Shown in pieces: positions 1-13,300 of a stretch of 64,000 nucleotides of DNA. The stretch's first letter is position 1, and each line of letters begins with the position of its first letter. The stretch is from NCBI RefSeq assembly GCF_009914755.1, contig NC_060937.1; one strand, written 5' to 3'. Below the pieces are notes generated by a model. It worked only from the letters and a program-made list of their open reading frames with translations. It was not told the DNA's origin and ran no database searches. Position numbers and translations under genes: made by a program. This DNA comes from the human T2T-CHM13v2.0 reference genome, Homo sapiens.

Positions 1-40
1 CAAAGTGCTGGGATTACAAGAGTGAGCACTGCACCCGGCC
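1..40 (-). mobile_element. Alu, 5' end only (cut by the window edge), inserted in a MER4 LTR
   Basis: CAAAGTGCTGGGATTACAAGAGTGAGCACTGCACCCGGCC is the reverse complement of the Alu 5' terminus. Confidence 0.93.
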
Positions 41-236
41 GAACCACTTTAAATCTTACATGAACTGACTGATGTATTATGTATCCCTAAAATGTAAAAA
101 AGCAAGCTGCACCCCCAACGACCTTGGGCATATATCGTCAGTACCTTCTGAGGCTATGCCACGGGTATGTTTTCAACCTTGGCAAAATAAACTTTTTACA
201 TTGACTGAGACCTGTCTCAGATATTTGGGGTTTACA
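41..236 (+). mobile_element. ERV1 LTR 3' part, MER4A-like
   Basis: Matches the recalled MER4 LTR end (CCCTAAAATGTA..AAGCAAGCTG..ACCTTGGGCA..CTTGGCAAAATAAAC..TTGACTGAGACCTGTCTCAGATATTTGGGG), with AATAAA and terminal CA at 236. Confidence 0.8.
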
Positions 237-659
237 CCATATATACAACTACTAAGTAGCACATATAGAACTAAAAGTTAATCTTTGTCATTGTGTTTTG
301 AATGTGACATATGGCATTAAAAAAATCCTTTGCAAGTTAGGGCTTTGAGATTCTCTGATTTTGTCCTTCTAGTAGACATCATTCTGCAAATAAAACTCAC
401 AAGCAAGTGTTCCTTCCTCTAAGGACAGTTATCCTATCACTAATGAGTTCTTTTTTTTTTTTTTCTCTCATTGTTTTTTCCAAGACTTTCTTCCAATGTC
501 CTTCAACTGGATAACAATTGTGTCTTTTAAAACTAAAGAAATTATGCATTCTTAAAACAAGAACTATATATTTTTTGCAGTATTATCTCCTAGCCTTACA
601 TCACCCTCGAAACATTCCCCTTTTCAATCTCATGTTGCTCATAGATTTGTATGTGTATG

Positions 660-2200
660 ATTTTTGTTTTGATACATTAAATTTTGAGAAAATATGCAAA
701 AATAGTAAAAGAAATTTCTATGTGTCCTTTACGCAATTCACAATTGGCTTACATTTTGCTCCATTTCTTTCAGTATTATTCTTTCTTATATACACATATA
801 TTTGTATGGCCATTTGAAATATGTTGTATTCTTTTTTCCTAAATATTTTAATGTCTCTTTTTTTCAAAATAAGGACATTGTCTTACATAACCAAAGGACG
901 TTATCAAAATCTGGAAAATTGGTATTGCATTACCCAGTGCACATTCAAATTTCATCAACTGCCCCAATAATGTCTTTCATAGCTATTTTGTTCTGCTTCA
1001 AAACTCAATCCAGGATTATGTGTTTTTGTATTTAATTGCTCTCTCTCTTTAGATTTCTTATGTTTGCAACATAGGCTCAGCCTTTGTTATTCTTGATGTT
1101 GACATTTTTGAAGACCATAGTGCCTCAATTGGGATTGATGTTTCCTTATTATCAGAGCCATCCTATGCATTTTTGGCAGGAATACCACAGAAATGGTATG
1201 ATGACCTTTCAGTGCTTCAAATCAGGAGGCACCTGATGTCAGTTAGTCTGAATATTAGTAATGTTAAATTTGATCACTTTTTGAAATTGGTGTAAGCTGT
1301 TTCTCCAGTAAGTTATCTCCTTTTGGTTTGCTATTAATAAGTAATTCTTGGGGGTATATTGTGAGAGTGTGTAATTATTCTATTCTTCATTCACCTGCCA
1401 CCTACTTGTTTTAGCACCTATTGATGATACCTTAATTATATATATATATATATATATTTTTATTACTGGGCATTCTACTGTAACGTATTTGTCTATCCAT
1501 TATGATAATTAGTTATTTTCATGCTCAAATTGTCCCAGGTTTAGCCAGTGGGAGCCATCTCAGTGTGGTTTCTATGCTTCATTCTTTCTTTATTTCCTAA
1601 CATCCTGGACAAGATGTTTCCAATTTACCTTGTGCTTTTACTACCCGAGCACTGGAATCAAGCTTTCATTCCAAGAGTCCCTGTTTCCTTAGAGTAGAGG
1701 ATGATGATTAGAAATAAAAATCTGAGCACTATTTCTCCTTTGTCACTGGGATATAATTGTTTACAGGCTGTCAGAAGATACAATATGTATATTTATTTTT
1801 ATCTCTCTCTCTCTCTCTCTATATATATATAGATGTGTATATATATATAAAAATCAATCATTACAAAGAATAAACTGCTGCTGCTTTATATATACATATA
1901 TACTTATATATACACATATGTGCATATATATGTACATATGCATATGTATATGTACATATATACGTACATTTCAATCCACTATCACAAGAAACACTGTAGC
2001 TTTTTCTCTTTTCATATGAGTAACTCTCTTCTCCAAGAGTTAGAATCCTGTCTCCAGTTATCCTCCACATATTTATTTACTCATTTGCTCAAGTATAAAA
2101 AACAAAGGAAGTAATTTCAAAATTGCTAAATAACATCACTGTGAAAAGCAAACCCATTAGCTGGAATTAAATAATTGTTTTCTGAGAAAAAGTTTTTTAC
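660..2200 (-). mobile_element. Old LINE-1 3' region (L1MC-like), degraded
   Basis: T-rich antisense L1MC-type phrases: AAGGACATTGTCTTACATAACC, CAAATTTCATCAACTGCCCCAATAATGTC, TTTGGCAGGAATACCACAGAA. Boundaries approximate. Confidence 0.6.
1803..1967. repeat. Compound (TC)n/(TA)n and (TA/CA/TG) microsatellite tracts
   Basis: Visible directly at 1803-1848 and about 1886-1967; a further (TA)n lies at about 1438-1456. Confidence 0.9.
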
Positions 2201-2299
2201 TGTGAAATACACATACTCATTTCAATAAGTTTTAACAAATATACAGATACCCTTATCAAGATACACAGTAACTGCCCCACTTTAAAAAGTAATTCTGGG

Positions 2300-4430
2300 C
2301 CTCTTTGCATTTCTATGAATGAAATTGCACTGTATATGCTATTTTGAATGCAGCTCTATGGCTTTGTAGCATTTATGAGGTTTATTAATGTGTTTGTAAG
2401 TATCAGTGGTTTGTTCCTTTTTATTGCTTAGTAACATTTCAATGTGTGATTATATCATATTACCTTACTCCATCCTGCTGATGTTGAAAATTTCGGTTGT
2501 TTCCAGTTTGGGGCTATTATGAATACAATTGGAATAAACATTCTTGTGCAATGTTTTTGTGTAAATATAAATAGTTTATTTCTCTTGGACAAATACAAGT
2601 GGAATTGCTGGGTCATATACAGATGTATGTGTAAGTTTCTTATGAACTGACAAGACTTTTTTTTCCATTTTTTCCATGTTTCATGAATATTTTCACCCAG
2701 TTTGTGGTTTTTCTGTTTATTTTCTTAATAGTATACTTTACTGAGCAGAAGTGTTTAACTTCTGTGTCGTCTAATTGTCCTTTTTATCATTTTATTTTTA
2801 TTTTTTCTGTATCTAAATTCTTTGCCTACTCAAAGTTGCAAAGTTTTAAAAATAATTTTGTGTGTGATGTAAGACAGGAGTCTAGGATTTCCTCCCGTAT
2901 GTATACATTCAGTTTTTATAACACAATTTGTTAAAAATATTTGTTCTTATTTATTGAATTGCTTGGGTGCCAATGTAGAAAAATCAATGCTTGAGTCTAT
3001 TTCTGGGCTTTCTGCTCTTTCATTTATTTATTTGGTTTTGCTTTAGCTTTATACTAAATACTTAAGTCAGGTCTTTTAAATTTGTTCTTCTTCAAGATTT
3101 ATCTAAGTGTATTAAGCTCTTAATATTTGCAAGTAAATTTTAATACCTGCTTGTAATTTACTATTTAATAAAACAAAAGGAAAACCCAAAATTTTGTTGA
3201 GATTATGATGGATATTAAAATGAAATTATAGATCAACTTGAAGAAGTTACATTTTTACCATATTAATCTTTCCATTCCATGAATATTTCTCTCCAGTTTT
3301 CAGGTCTTTAAAAATTCCTCTTAACAGTATTTTATAGATTCCAGTATAAAAGACGTGCCCATCTACAGCCTGATTTTTCCTAAGAGATTTATGTTTTTAA
3401 CACTGTTGTGAATTAGTTTTAAGCTGCCAGTTTTGCTCAAAATATGTAGAAATTAAATTAATTTGTGTATATTTATTTTGTATCTCATAAACTTTCAGTA
3501 TTCACTTGTAGTTTTAGTTATTTTGCAGTTTCTTTAGGATTTTACATATTAGGATCCTATATAAACAATTCTGTCCGTGAATAGAGGCAGTTATATATAT
3601 TTTTTTACTACAGTCTTCCTTTCCTTTAGTTCTTTTATTTGTTTCTTTTTTGCCTTTTAATATTCTGACTTGGTCCTCAGTATAAATTCAAATAGAAATT
3701 CTGACAGTGTATTTCCTTCCCATGTTTAAAATATTTCAGAGAAAGCAGTAAGTTCTATAGAATTAAGTATATTAGATATAGATTTTTACAGATGCTCTGT
3801 ATTCATTTCTCATTTACTGAGGTTTTTTTTTTTTTTAATATGAGTAGAGAAAGGGTCTTGTTATGTTGTCCAGTCCGGTCTCTAATTCGTGGCCTCAAGC
3901 AATCATCCCACCTCAGTCTCCCAAATTCTGGGATTACAGGCATGAGCCACCACCACTGGCCATTTGCTGAGTCTTTTAAGTAAAAGCAGGTGTTTAATTT
4001 TGTGGAACATTTTTTTACGTCTATTGAGATGATTATATAATTGTGCTCATTTTTTCTGTTATTGTAGTGATTGATTAATTTTTGAGTTAACTATTCCTAC
4101 ATTCCTGAGGTAAACATAATCTAGACATGTGCTGTATTATATTTTATTATACATTGATTAATTGTATTTGTTTATATTTTCAAGGGATTTTTTTCTCTAT
4201 ATTATTGATATCTGTAATTTTGTTTGTAATGTTTTCATGTTTAGGTATTAAGATTATATTGGTCTCATGAGCTAAGTTGGAGCATATTTCTACTTGCTCT
4301 ATATTTTAGCAAGATTTGAGTATATTTAGTCTTATTTCTTCTTTTTATGTTTGATAAATTTCACTAGTAGAATTATGTGCCTAGAGTTTTAGTTATTGAA
4401 AAATCTGAATTCTTTTGAAGGTTAATGAAA
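2300..4430 (-). mobile_element. Old LINE-1 (L1M) ORF2 remnant, degraded
   Basis: Antisense L1 phrases: GGTTGTTTCCAGTTTGGGGCTATTATGAATA, GGAATTGCTGGGTCATA, TAATCTTTCCATTCCATGAATAT, TCTATTGAGATGATTATA. Confidence 0.7.
3823..3961 (-). mobile_element. Alu monomer (FLAM_C/AluJ left arm) inside L1M
   Basis: T-run followed by a single arm ending CTCAAGCAATCATCCCACCTCAGTCTCCCAAATTCTGGGATTACAGGCATGAGCCACCACCACTGGCC. Confidence 0.85.
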
Positions 4431-4836
4431 AATAAATATCTCTACTAGCAGTTTCATGTTAGTCTGGTTTATCTGCCTATTTATGGTACACCAAACTTGA
4501 TATAATTTTCCTAGCTTTGGGTGTTATACAGATCTTAATGCAGCTTGAATCCGTTAAACATTTCTTTGCTTCTCCCCAACCCGTCATTAACAACATTTTA
4601 GTTAACCTGAGCTTTTGCATTCTGGAACTAATTTTTAATTATGCAAGATTCTGTGCCATATATAAATGAGGGGAAAGAGTTATTTTGCTGTGGGAATAAC
4701 TTTATTTTCATTTATAAAATTTTATTCATTAACGTTATTACAAAATAAATTTATGTACTTCCTTAACATACTAATTTTCTTGAAATTGAAAAGATTTAAA
4801 ACTTTTATACGTAAAGCTGATTGTAAATGAGTAGGG

Positions 4837-5143
4837 TTTTTTTGTTTGTTTTTTGTTTGTTTGTTCGTTTTTGAGACGGAGTCTTGCTCTGTCTCCCAGG
4901 CTGGAGTGCAAAGGCGCCATTTCCGCTCACTGCAAGCTCCGCCTCCCGGGTTCGCGCCTTTCTCCTGCCTCAGCCTCTTGAGTAGCTGGGACTACAGGCG
5001 CCTGCCACCACGCCCGGCTAATTTTTTGTATTTTTAGTAGAGATGGAGTTTCACTGTGTTAGCCAGGATGGTCTCGATCTCCTGACCTGGTTATCCGCTC
5101 GCCTCCGTGCTGGGATTACAGGCGTGAACCACCGCACCTGGCC
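4837..5143 (-). mobile_element. AluY-like, full length, small deletion near the 5' end
   Basis: AluY diagnostics GCAAGCTCCGCCTCCCGGGTTC and TTAGCCAGGATGGTCTCGATCTCC. TSD GTAAATGAGTA at 4823 and 5144. Confidence 0.95.
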
Positions 5144-5559
5144 GTAAATGAGTAAGTTTTAAGAAAGTGCTGAAGTTAGTACACCCTTACTTCTGAACCT
5201 CATCTTACATTGTACAACTTTAAGTATATTGATTGGCTTACTTTGTTAAAGTATGGTGTTTTATAATTTTTTATAAAATATAATTTCTATCAAACCAATA
5301 CGAAATTTCTGAAGAAGTATGAACACAGTTAACACAGTGCGAATGCAGTTAACCTTTTTATAGTTTTCCATGTTCAGATAGAAGTGAAGCAATTTGTCTA
5401 GGAATAAGACAAATTGTTGGTTTCTGTAATGAAATAAAAATAATATATCTATCTTACTTGCTGATTATTGATAACAAATAGTCTGACAACACTAGAAGGG
5501 TCAAAACATGTGAGTACAGACTGTACACGGAAAGGTGTCATATGAGAATTTCAATACTA

Positions 5560-5890
5560 CAAGTCGAGCATTCTCAATTTGAAAATCTGAAATCCAAAAT
5601 GCTCCAAAATCAAAAACATTTTGAGCACTGATGTGACACCACAAGTGGAAAATTCCAGATAAAAATTATTAACACAAATTTTGTTTCATGCACAAAATTA
5701 TTAAGAATATTGTTTAAAATCATCTTCAGGCTATATGTGTAATTCACAAATGTATTTTATGTTTAGACTTGGGTCCCACCCCCAAGATATCTCATTATTT
5801 ATATGCAAGTATTCCAAAATTGAAGAAAACCAGAAATCCAAAACAATTCTGGCCCTAAGCATTTCAGATAAGGGATATTCATTAAACCTG
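5560..5890 (+). mobile_element. Tigger4b (MER46/Zombi) TcMar DNA transposon MITE
   Basis: Degenerate termini CAAGTCGAGCAT...AAACCTG flanked by TA on both sides. Internal CCACAAGTGGAAAATTCCA and TTTAGACTTGGGTCCCACCCCCAAGATATCTCATTAT. Confidence 0.88.
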
Positions 5891-8800
5891 TATATGGACT
5901 GAGTTGTTTGATAACACCATGCTATCTGTAAAGGTGCCAAATCAGAAACAGTTTATCTTTTGTAAATATGCTATTCATTTAGAAATCACTAAAAATTATA
6001 GTATGCTCTTTTATTGAAGTTGCATATTGTTTTAAAAAGTTATGTCTTTATTCCCGAAGATATCAAAATCTTTATTATATTGTATTACATCATATTATAT
6101 TATATTAATTTTGTCTTATTTCCACCCATGGATTATTCATCACCCCTTTAAGGGTAATATTTTGCATTATTAATGTTTGTACTTCTGGTTCTTTGTTAAC
6201 TACTGCTCATTAAATATCTATTATTTGGAAATATTTAAACTGGATGAATTCTAGTATTTTAAGAATATGAAAGTTATTGTTCATCTACTACTGGACACAC
6301 ATTTCTCAAAAAACCTGATAAAATCTGTTAGAAAAGTTACATTTCTCAGATCTGAGTAATGTCTTGTTCCTCCATCAAAAGTCTCTTCTCCATGAAGAAT
6401 TAATTGAGGCTGTGTAATTTTAGCAAAGACTTTTTACTCTCTTGTAAGCATAAATGATCTAAGTATAGCTACATGGCTTGTCTGATCTTTCTCTTTCTGA
6501 AGATGGAAGAGAAAGGCAGTCCATTTAAAATGTCTAAATATGACACTCTGGACCTTACGATATTTGCTCAACTTCATTACTGTACTGATATTTGCAGGGA
6601 TTGAAATTATTTTCTTGATCCTCTCATGAGAATTTTAAAACTTTGGAATCTTTCACTTGAAATGATCTTGATTTTTTTGAAACAATCTGATTTCCTTTTT
6701 TATTAGCATTACATTGTGATTGAAGCAGATCGAATGACTCCTCAGAAGCAAAAAATATCAGATTATATATATATTTTTTCTTTTCAAGATATTGAGTAGA
6801 AAGGCCACTCTGCTATTTCCCATAATGAATCTTTCATTTAAAGATATGGGTGAAGAACATTTACAAGGATCCTGGCATCTGAGTTACTGTTGCTATAATT
6901 GTATTTATGCATTTGACTTTAGTTAATTTTTCCAGTAAGATGAAACAAACTGAAGAGACAGAGACACTATCACTTAAAAATGATATTAGATTTTATTCAA
7001 GATCTGTTTGTCCACAAAATTTATATTCGAAACTACTTTATGCATATAAATAAATTTCATGAATTATACTCTCACCAGATAGTCAAATATAATTAGTAGT
7101 TTTTCCCCTAAAATCAAAGAAAAAAAACATATTTAGTAAGTGATGTAAAATTGAGTTGTTGCCTGAAATGATAATATGAGATATTTTGTAGTCAATGATT
7201 TGCACCGTATCATCTGTAATAATGCAGACACACCTTTGGAAGAAAAAGTGGTATTGAGTTTTAAAGGAAATGTAGAAAAATCACAGCTCTAATTTAATTG
7301 GTCTTGATACATAATTATATGAAGGTAAGTAACATATTGAACTAGTATTTTGTCACTTCTGGTGAAGTATGAGCATGAAACTGTGCCATGATAATTACTT
7401 TTAATAAATTACTGACATTATTAAATTGTATTGAATGCACAATTTTGAGCTTGCCCAGTTTATCTACCTTTATGATACGGAAGCCATAATTTTCTCTTTT
7501 ACTTTGGGATGGTTTTCTCTACAGAGGAACTCTAAATCTTTCCTATCCCATAAATACGTGAACATAAACCCGTGATTTATTGCAATTTAGCTTCTGTTTC
7601 TGTGGAGGAGGTTTACTGTGCTGAGAAAACTCATTAATCTCATTCACAGCTCGTAGTCTAAACATAACCTTTACAATATATAACAGAAGAAATTATGTGT
7701 TTGTGTGATTTACTGTTTCTGTTTTGGAAATAGAACAAATTGTAGTTTTTTTTTCCTTTTATTTTTAATATTTATTGATCAATTTGCACTATTAACACAA
7801 ACGAGGTACAAAATACATTATTTTTCATTTTGACATTTGTTTTTATCTTTATTTATTATAAAAAGAAATATCAAAATGTGACTTGACATAAAACAAACTT
7901 CAAAGCAAAACTATCTTCTGATGTATTCTTGTATTATAAAATTGGTTTGTGATACTGAATGTGAGTATGAACATAATTTTATATCTACATGTTGATATCT
8001 CTTAAATTCCATTTTATATTAACTTTGTACAAAATTTATTTACACTATGCTAATTTTTGCAGAATAATTTCTTTTTTTGTGTTCTAAACAGTTTTGCTAT
8101 GCCATTCTAGATTCCTCTGAGACCTACTAGTTGAGTTTTTGAAGGTGTAATTGTGGTAATGTGAAAAAAGGTCTGCTACCACTTTATGAACTTTGCTCTA
8201 AATCAATTCTTATTTGTTTCATTTGTCTTTGCTATTTCCTGAAAATTTTATTTTGTATAATTTGCTCTCTTTATCAACACTGGCATTTAAAAGGATGATT
8301 CTCAATTTCTTCTGTAGCACTGGACTTTCTCAATTGTAAAAGCATTCCAGCATCATTTAGTGGCTTATAAAATCACAATGTCAAGAACTAGTGGAAGGAA
8401 GTACTGCTTTCTTGAGTTCATAATCTGCAGTATAAACATTTCATTTTTATGTAGTGAAGATTTTAAAGCAATAATTTAACTTACCAATTGTTAAATCATC
8501 ATCAATTAAAGGACTATTTAACATATTAAAAAGCATTTTTTCTTAGTAAGTTAATAATGATCCAATTAAAATACAATTTCTCTTCATTTCTGTAGATAGA
8601 ATATTCTGAAAAATATTCATGTCAGATCTTTGACCTGAGACTGAAGGACAAATACTTCTTACAAGGAACTTAGGATGGCTTAAAAATATATCTTCTAGTA
8701 ATTAAGAACTTCTAAGAAGAAGATCTTCACTTGTTATTTTTTCTTTTTCTTACTGGCCCCTGGAACCTGAAAGTATACCCTTTAGCTGTCACCCAACCTG

Positions 8801-9654
8801 TTGTCACCAAGCTTCCCAGAAAGGCAGTAGAGGGCACTAAGAGAATGTGACAGTACAGCATAGATACTGATTGCTTCAAGCACGATGCTATGCAATTCGG
8901 AGACAAAGAAGGGGAGTCCATTTTTCAGTCATAGGTTATTCTTGGTTTACTGGTCCTTGAACTGAGAATGATATGAAACAGTAGGGTGCTTACCAAATGA
9001 ATATTTAGTGTTCACTCGGATTAAATCTCAGCCTCTTGGCTGATGATTGAGACCTCTTTCTAAACTAAACTTTGGACATGAGGTCAATATGCATCAGCAT
9101 ATGGCTCAGTTTCTACTATCTGATGACTTTATGCATAATGCTGTGATAAACTGATTCTTTTCAACTGCCCATTTTTCTTGCCCCTCTGATCCTGGTATGG
9201 ATAAAGCATATGGGAAATCACAGTGATTAATTTACCAAAGTTCTCACTCTGTCGGCCAACAGCAAATTACATTTGGACAATACAAGTCTCAGAATTCAAT
9301 GTACATCTCTAATTTTCCTACCAAAATATTGTGGCCTATTGTTGCATGACAATGGCAGTTTCTGAGTGGGATTTGAGACAACAGTAGCAGTGTGTTTGCC
9401 TCAAGGAAAGTACCAATCGTTGGCTGCCTAAGTGCTTGCTTACTTTTTACGTTGTGCTTCCAAATCAGGGAATAGAAGAAGGGGATTAGAAAAATATCCT
9501 CTAACCAATTTGTCTTTATTACATTATTCAATACAGTTCTATAGGCCTTGCACTTGGAGAAAATTTGTCCCAGATTATAACAGATTGACTGCCAATCCTA
9601 TTCTGCATTCAAACAATTTATTGGATGTTTTTGACTTTCCATGAGTATTTACTA

Positions 9655-9746
9655 GAAAATTGGAAACCAGTAGCTTCTTGCCAGACTCTATTTCATATCA
9701 AAGTATCTTCTTACCTGTTTTTGTAAATAAAGTTTTATTGGAACAC
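9655..9746 (-). mobile_element. MER58-like hAT-Charlie fragment
   Basis: CCTGTTTTTGTAAATAAAGTTTTATTGGAACAC is the reverse complement of the core seen in the fuller copy at 32.4 kb. Confidence 0.55.
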
Positions 9747-10894
9747 TTCCAAAAAAAAAAAACAAAGTATTTTCTTAGAGACACTTGCTTCCAGTCCTCT
9801 CTCTACAAGATTAATTTCAAAAATAATGTTACAATGTACACTTCTATAAAGGTCTATTATTAATATACTTGATGTTTATCTGACTCATTGCGACTGGCAG
9901 AAAAATCCTTAGAATTGAGGCCATATTTATGCCTATGTATTATATAACATATAGTTAAATGATGATAACAGGCAAAAGAATAAGCAACACTCAGATTATT
10001 GTTCCCAAATACACTTACTGACTATTAGTTTATATATTTTCCAAATTACTCCTATTTCAGGAAAACACATTGAAAGATGGAATTTAAGAATTCCATGTTG
10101 CATTATCCTTCATATTTTTACATTTGTAAAGAAAGCCTGAAAGGTAACTGAAGAGTGAGACCATCTTACAAAATTTGTTATCAGGTATTCTAGATTATAA
10201 GACACATTGAGAGAGCTGATTGTCAGCTCTTGGGACCAAGGACTTTTAGTTATTCAGAGCTAATGATAAGTGATCCAAGATCATTGAGAATGCTCACAAA
10301 AGCTATTTTGATAGAGCATGGTTATTATCTTATACATTCATTTTATATGATTAACAGGTAAATATATGAAATTCTCAGATATCTAAAGTCAATCCATGTT
10401 AAAACATCTACAGAGAAAGAAAAAGAAGGTAAAAGGCTGATTTGTAAATAGACATTTCACTCTCAGGCTAGACGATTAGCACATAATTTGATCTGAAATG
10501 AAGACTGTGCTTTCTAGTAAAGTGGATGAAGTATTACTATTCTATTTTTATGTGTCCCCTCCTTAACACTTCCTTGACGTCACTTCTTTGATGTGACAGT
10601 CCTTATCTCCTTGCCAGACTTTCCTTTAGTGGTAAGAACAGCTGAAATTGTTTCTGTTTTGAGAGCTGCTTTTCAGAAATTGGTGCAGTGATCAGTGTAT
10701 ATTCTATATAATATGATAAGTTGCCGTCTAAAATACTTTCCTGGTCCCTGATATTTTATAGTGAAATAAAACGTCTTGCCACATACCAATTTCATTAGAT
10801 CAGCAACTTTACTGGCATTATTTTTGCAAGCATTAAACTTTTGGAAGCAACATTAAATAAGCTTTATTTTCTGTTTAAAACAAGTAAAGAAAAA

Positions 10895-11110
10895 TAGTCA
10901 TGATGTATTAAGTGCTTATCATGCATCAGACTCTGTAATGATGCTTTTGATGTGTCATCTCATTTCATCCTCACAACGACTATGTTCAGTCAGTCCTATC
11001 AGAATTTTATAACCAGGTAAGTAAAGCTCAGAGAGCTTAAAACATTGCTCAGTACAGTGACAACATTCAAACCCAAACCCTTTGAGAGCACAATCCTTGA
11101 GCTCTCTAAT
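10895..11110 (-). mobile_element. MIR SINE
   Basis: ATCTCATTTCATCCTCACAAC...AAAGCTCAGAGAG...ATTCAAACCCA follows the antisense MIR layout. Confidence 0.7.
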
Positions 11111-11938
11111 GTGGCCAGCTGCCATTTACCACTGTAGTTTTCCTTTCTGATATTTGGGCCATTGTTGTACCTCATTAACAGATAGGCTTGGAAGAGATTA
11201 TTTCATTAAAAATTACTAGTTACATTCTTCAGCACAGTATGGAAAAAGCTGTTTGGAATAATAATTCTGTTCATACTTTTAAATGACCTTTCCTCAATAT
11301 TGGATTATTTGCTTGAACTTGTAATAGGCTAAGGTGCATGCTTACACAGAGCCTGGACTTGATGCTGCATTAAGAGTCAGCCAGCATTTGGCATAGCAGG
11401 TGTAACAAGCCAAAAATTTATTCTCAAAAAGAATTGGCCTCAACCTGGGCATAGCACCTCAGAATAAGTACTAAAGAGTTGTGGTGGGTTTTTTCTTTTA
11501 ATATGTAAAATTTACAGTGGGGTATTTCATTTGAATATACATCTCATTGAATATCTGTATAGGAATTGTTTTATTTCAACTGAGAAACAGTTTAACTTGT
11601 TTGAATTTTTTTAACTGAAATTATATTTCCTTTCTTTTATTAGTATAGAAATTTGATCAGCAAATTGTGTGCTCCTATAGTTAATACACAAACTATTATA
11701 GTTTACAGTTTAATGGATTTACCTCACTTTTGGTATTTACCTCTTGTCTTTTTGCTCAATATTTGTTTTACTGGGATTCACCACAGATATAGTTATTTAA
11801 TTGTAACCTTAATAAAACTACACATTAAAACCTTATGCAACCAGTTGGGGCGTAAAAACCTCGAAAACAAATGAATAAATACAACCCTAAACCACTAACA
11901 GGATAATGATTTTGTGCCTTGTAAAACTTTAGAGACTC

Positions 11939-12242
<304 letters not shown>

Positions 12243-12316
12243 AAAATTTTAGAGACTCAGTGCATGATTATCATTCCCAAAGGACTAATTTCTGTCATTA
12301 CAAAATTTTATAAATA

Positions 12317-12680
12317 TTTTTTAGTTTTAATTATTATGGATATATAATAGTTGTACATATTTATGGGGTACCTGTGATATTTTGATACAAGCATACAATG
12401 TGTAATGATCTAATCAGAGCAATTGGAATATCCATCACTTCAAGCATTTATCATTTCTTTGTGTTAGGAACATTCCAGTGCCACTCTTCAAGCTATTTTG
12501 AAATATACAATAAATTATTGTTAACTGTAGTCACCACATTGTGCTACAAAACACTATATTTTATTCATTCTATGTAACAGTATTTTTATCCACATTAACC
12601 ACTTCCCTCTTTATTTCCCCTCCCCATTACCTTTTCCAGCCTCTGCCATCATTCTGATATCTCCAGGAGTTTAATTTTTT
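12317..12680 (-). mobile_element. L1MA 3' end, 5'-truncated
   Basis: GTTGTACATATTTATGGGGTAC..GCATACAATGTGTAATGATC..CATTTATCATTTCTTTGTGTTAGGAACATTCCA is an L1MA 3' UTR. Possible TSD (13/15 match) at 12278-12292 and 12681-12695. Confidence 0.85.
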
Positions 12681-12704
12681 CAAAGACCTAATTTCGAATG
12701 CTTA

Positions 12705-13300
12705 GCCTAAGCCATCATCATCACTCAGCTAGATGATTGCAGTAGTTTCCAAATTGATCTCTCTGCTGCAACTCATGTCTCCTACTCACAGTGCTTTCTC
12801 CACAAAGCATCCAAGGAATGTTTTGAAAAATTAAAATTAATTTGTCACCATCCTCCATATACTTAAAATACTTTCATGATCTTGCAATGAAGTTAAACTA
12901 AAATCTCAAGTTTCTTAACTTACCCTAAACGATTCTTCACCAACTTAACCTGGGAACACTCACAGTCTACTAATTTACATTGACCTACACCTCAGACATT
13001 TTAGGTGTATATTTTCAGCCTCATCCCATCCCCTCCACCCAAAAATATCCTTCTAAGCAATCTGGTGTCATCTACAATGGTTCCTTATGAGAAATAACAC
13101 TCCAGATCATTCATTCTCAACTAGGTCTCCTGGGCTTTTCTCTTCCACAATGCTACTTTTATTTCAACTGCAGCAGTTTTCACAATTTATAGTCAGATAT
13201 TTGTTTATTGTATGTATTTTTCTAGACTGTAAATTCTCTGATGGAAGGAAGAATATCCAACTGTTTATAACTATTTATTTAGTACCTATTAGATATCACT
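12705..13300 (+). mobile_element. L2 3' region, degraded
   Basis: CCATCATCATCACTCAGCTAGATGATTGCAGTAGTTTCC and CTAGACTGTAAATTCTCTGATGGAAGGAA resemble L2 3' motifs. Confidence 0.55.

Noticed and set aside
6707-7330. Possible plus-strand coding exons (HYIVIEADRM..., NDLHRIICNNADTPLEEK...) and a perfect AAG|GTAAGT donor at 7324
   Set aside because: The frames stop before the donor, the acceptors are weak or unpaired, and I recognise no protein.
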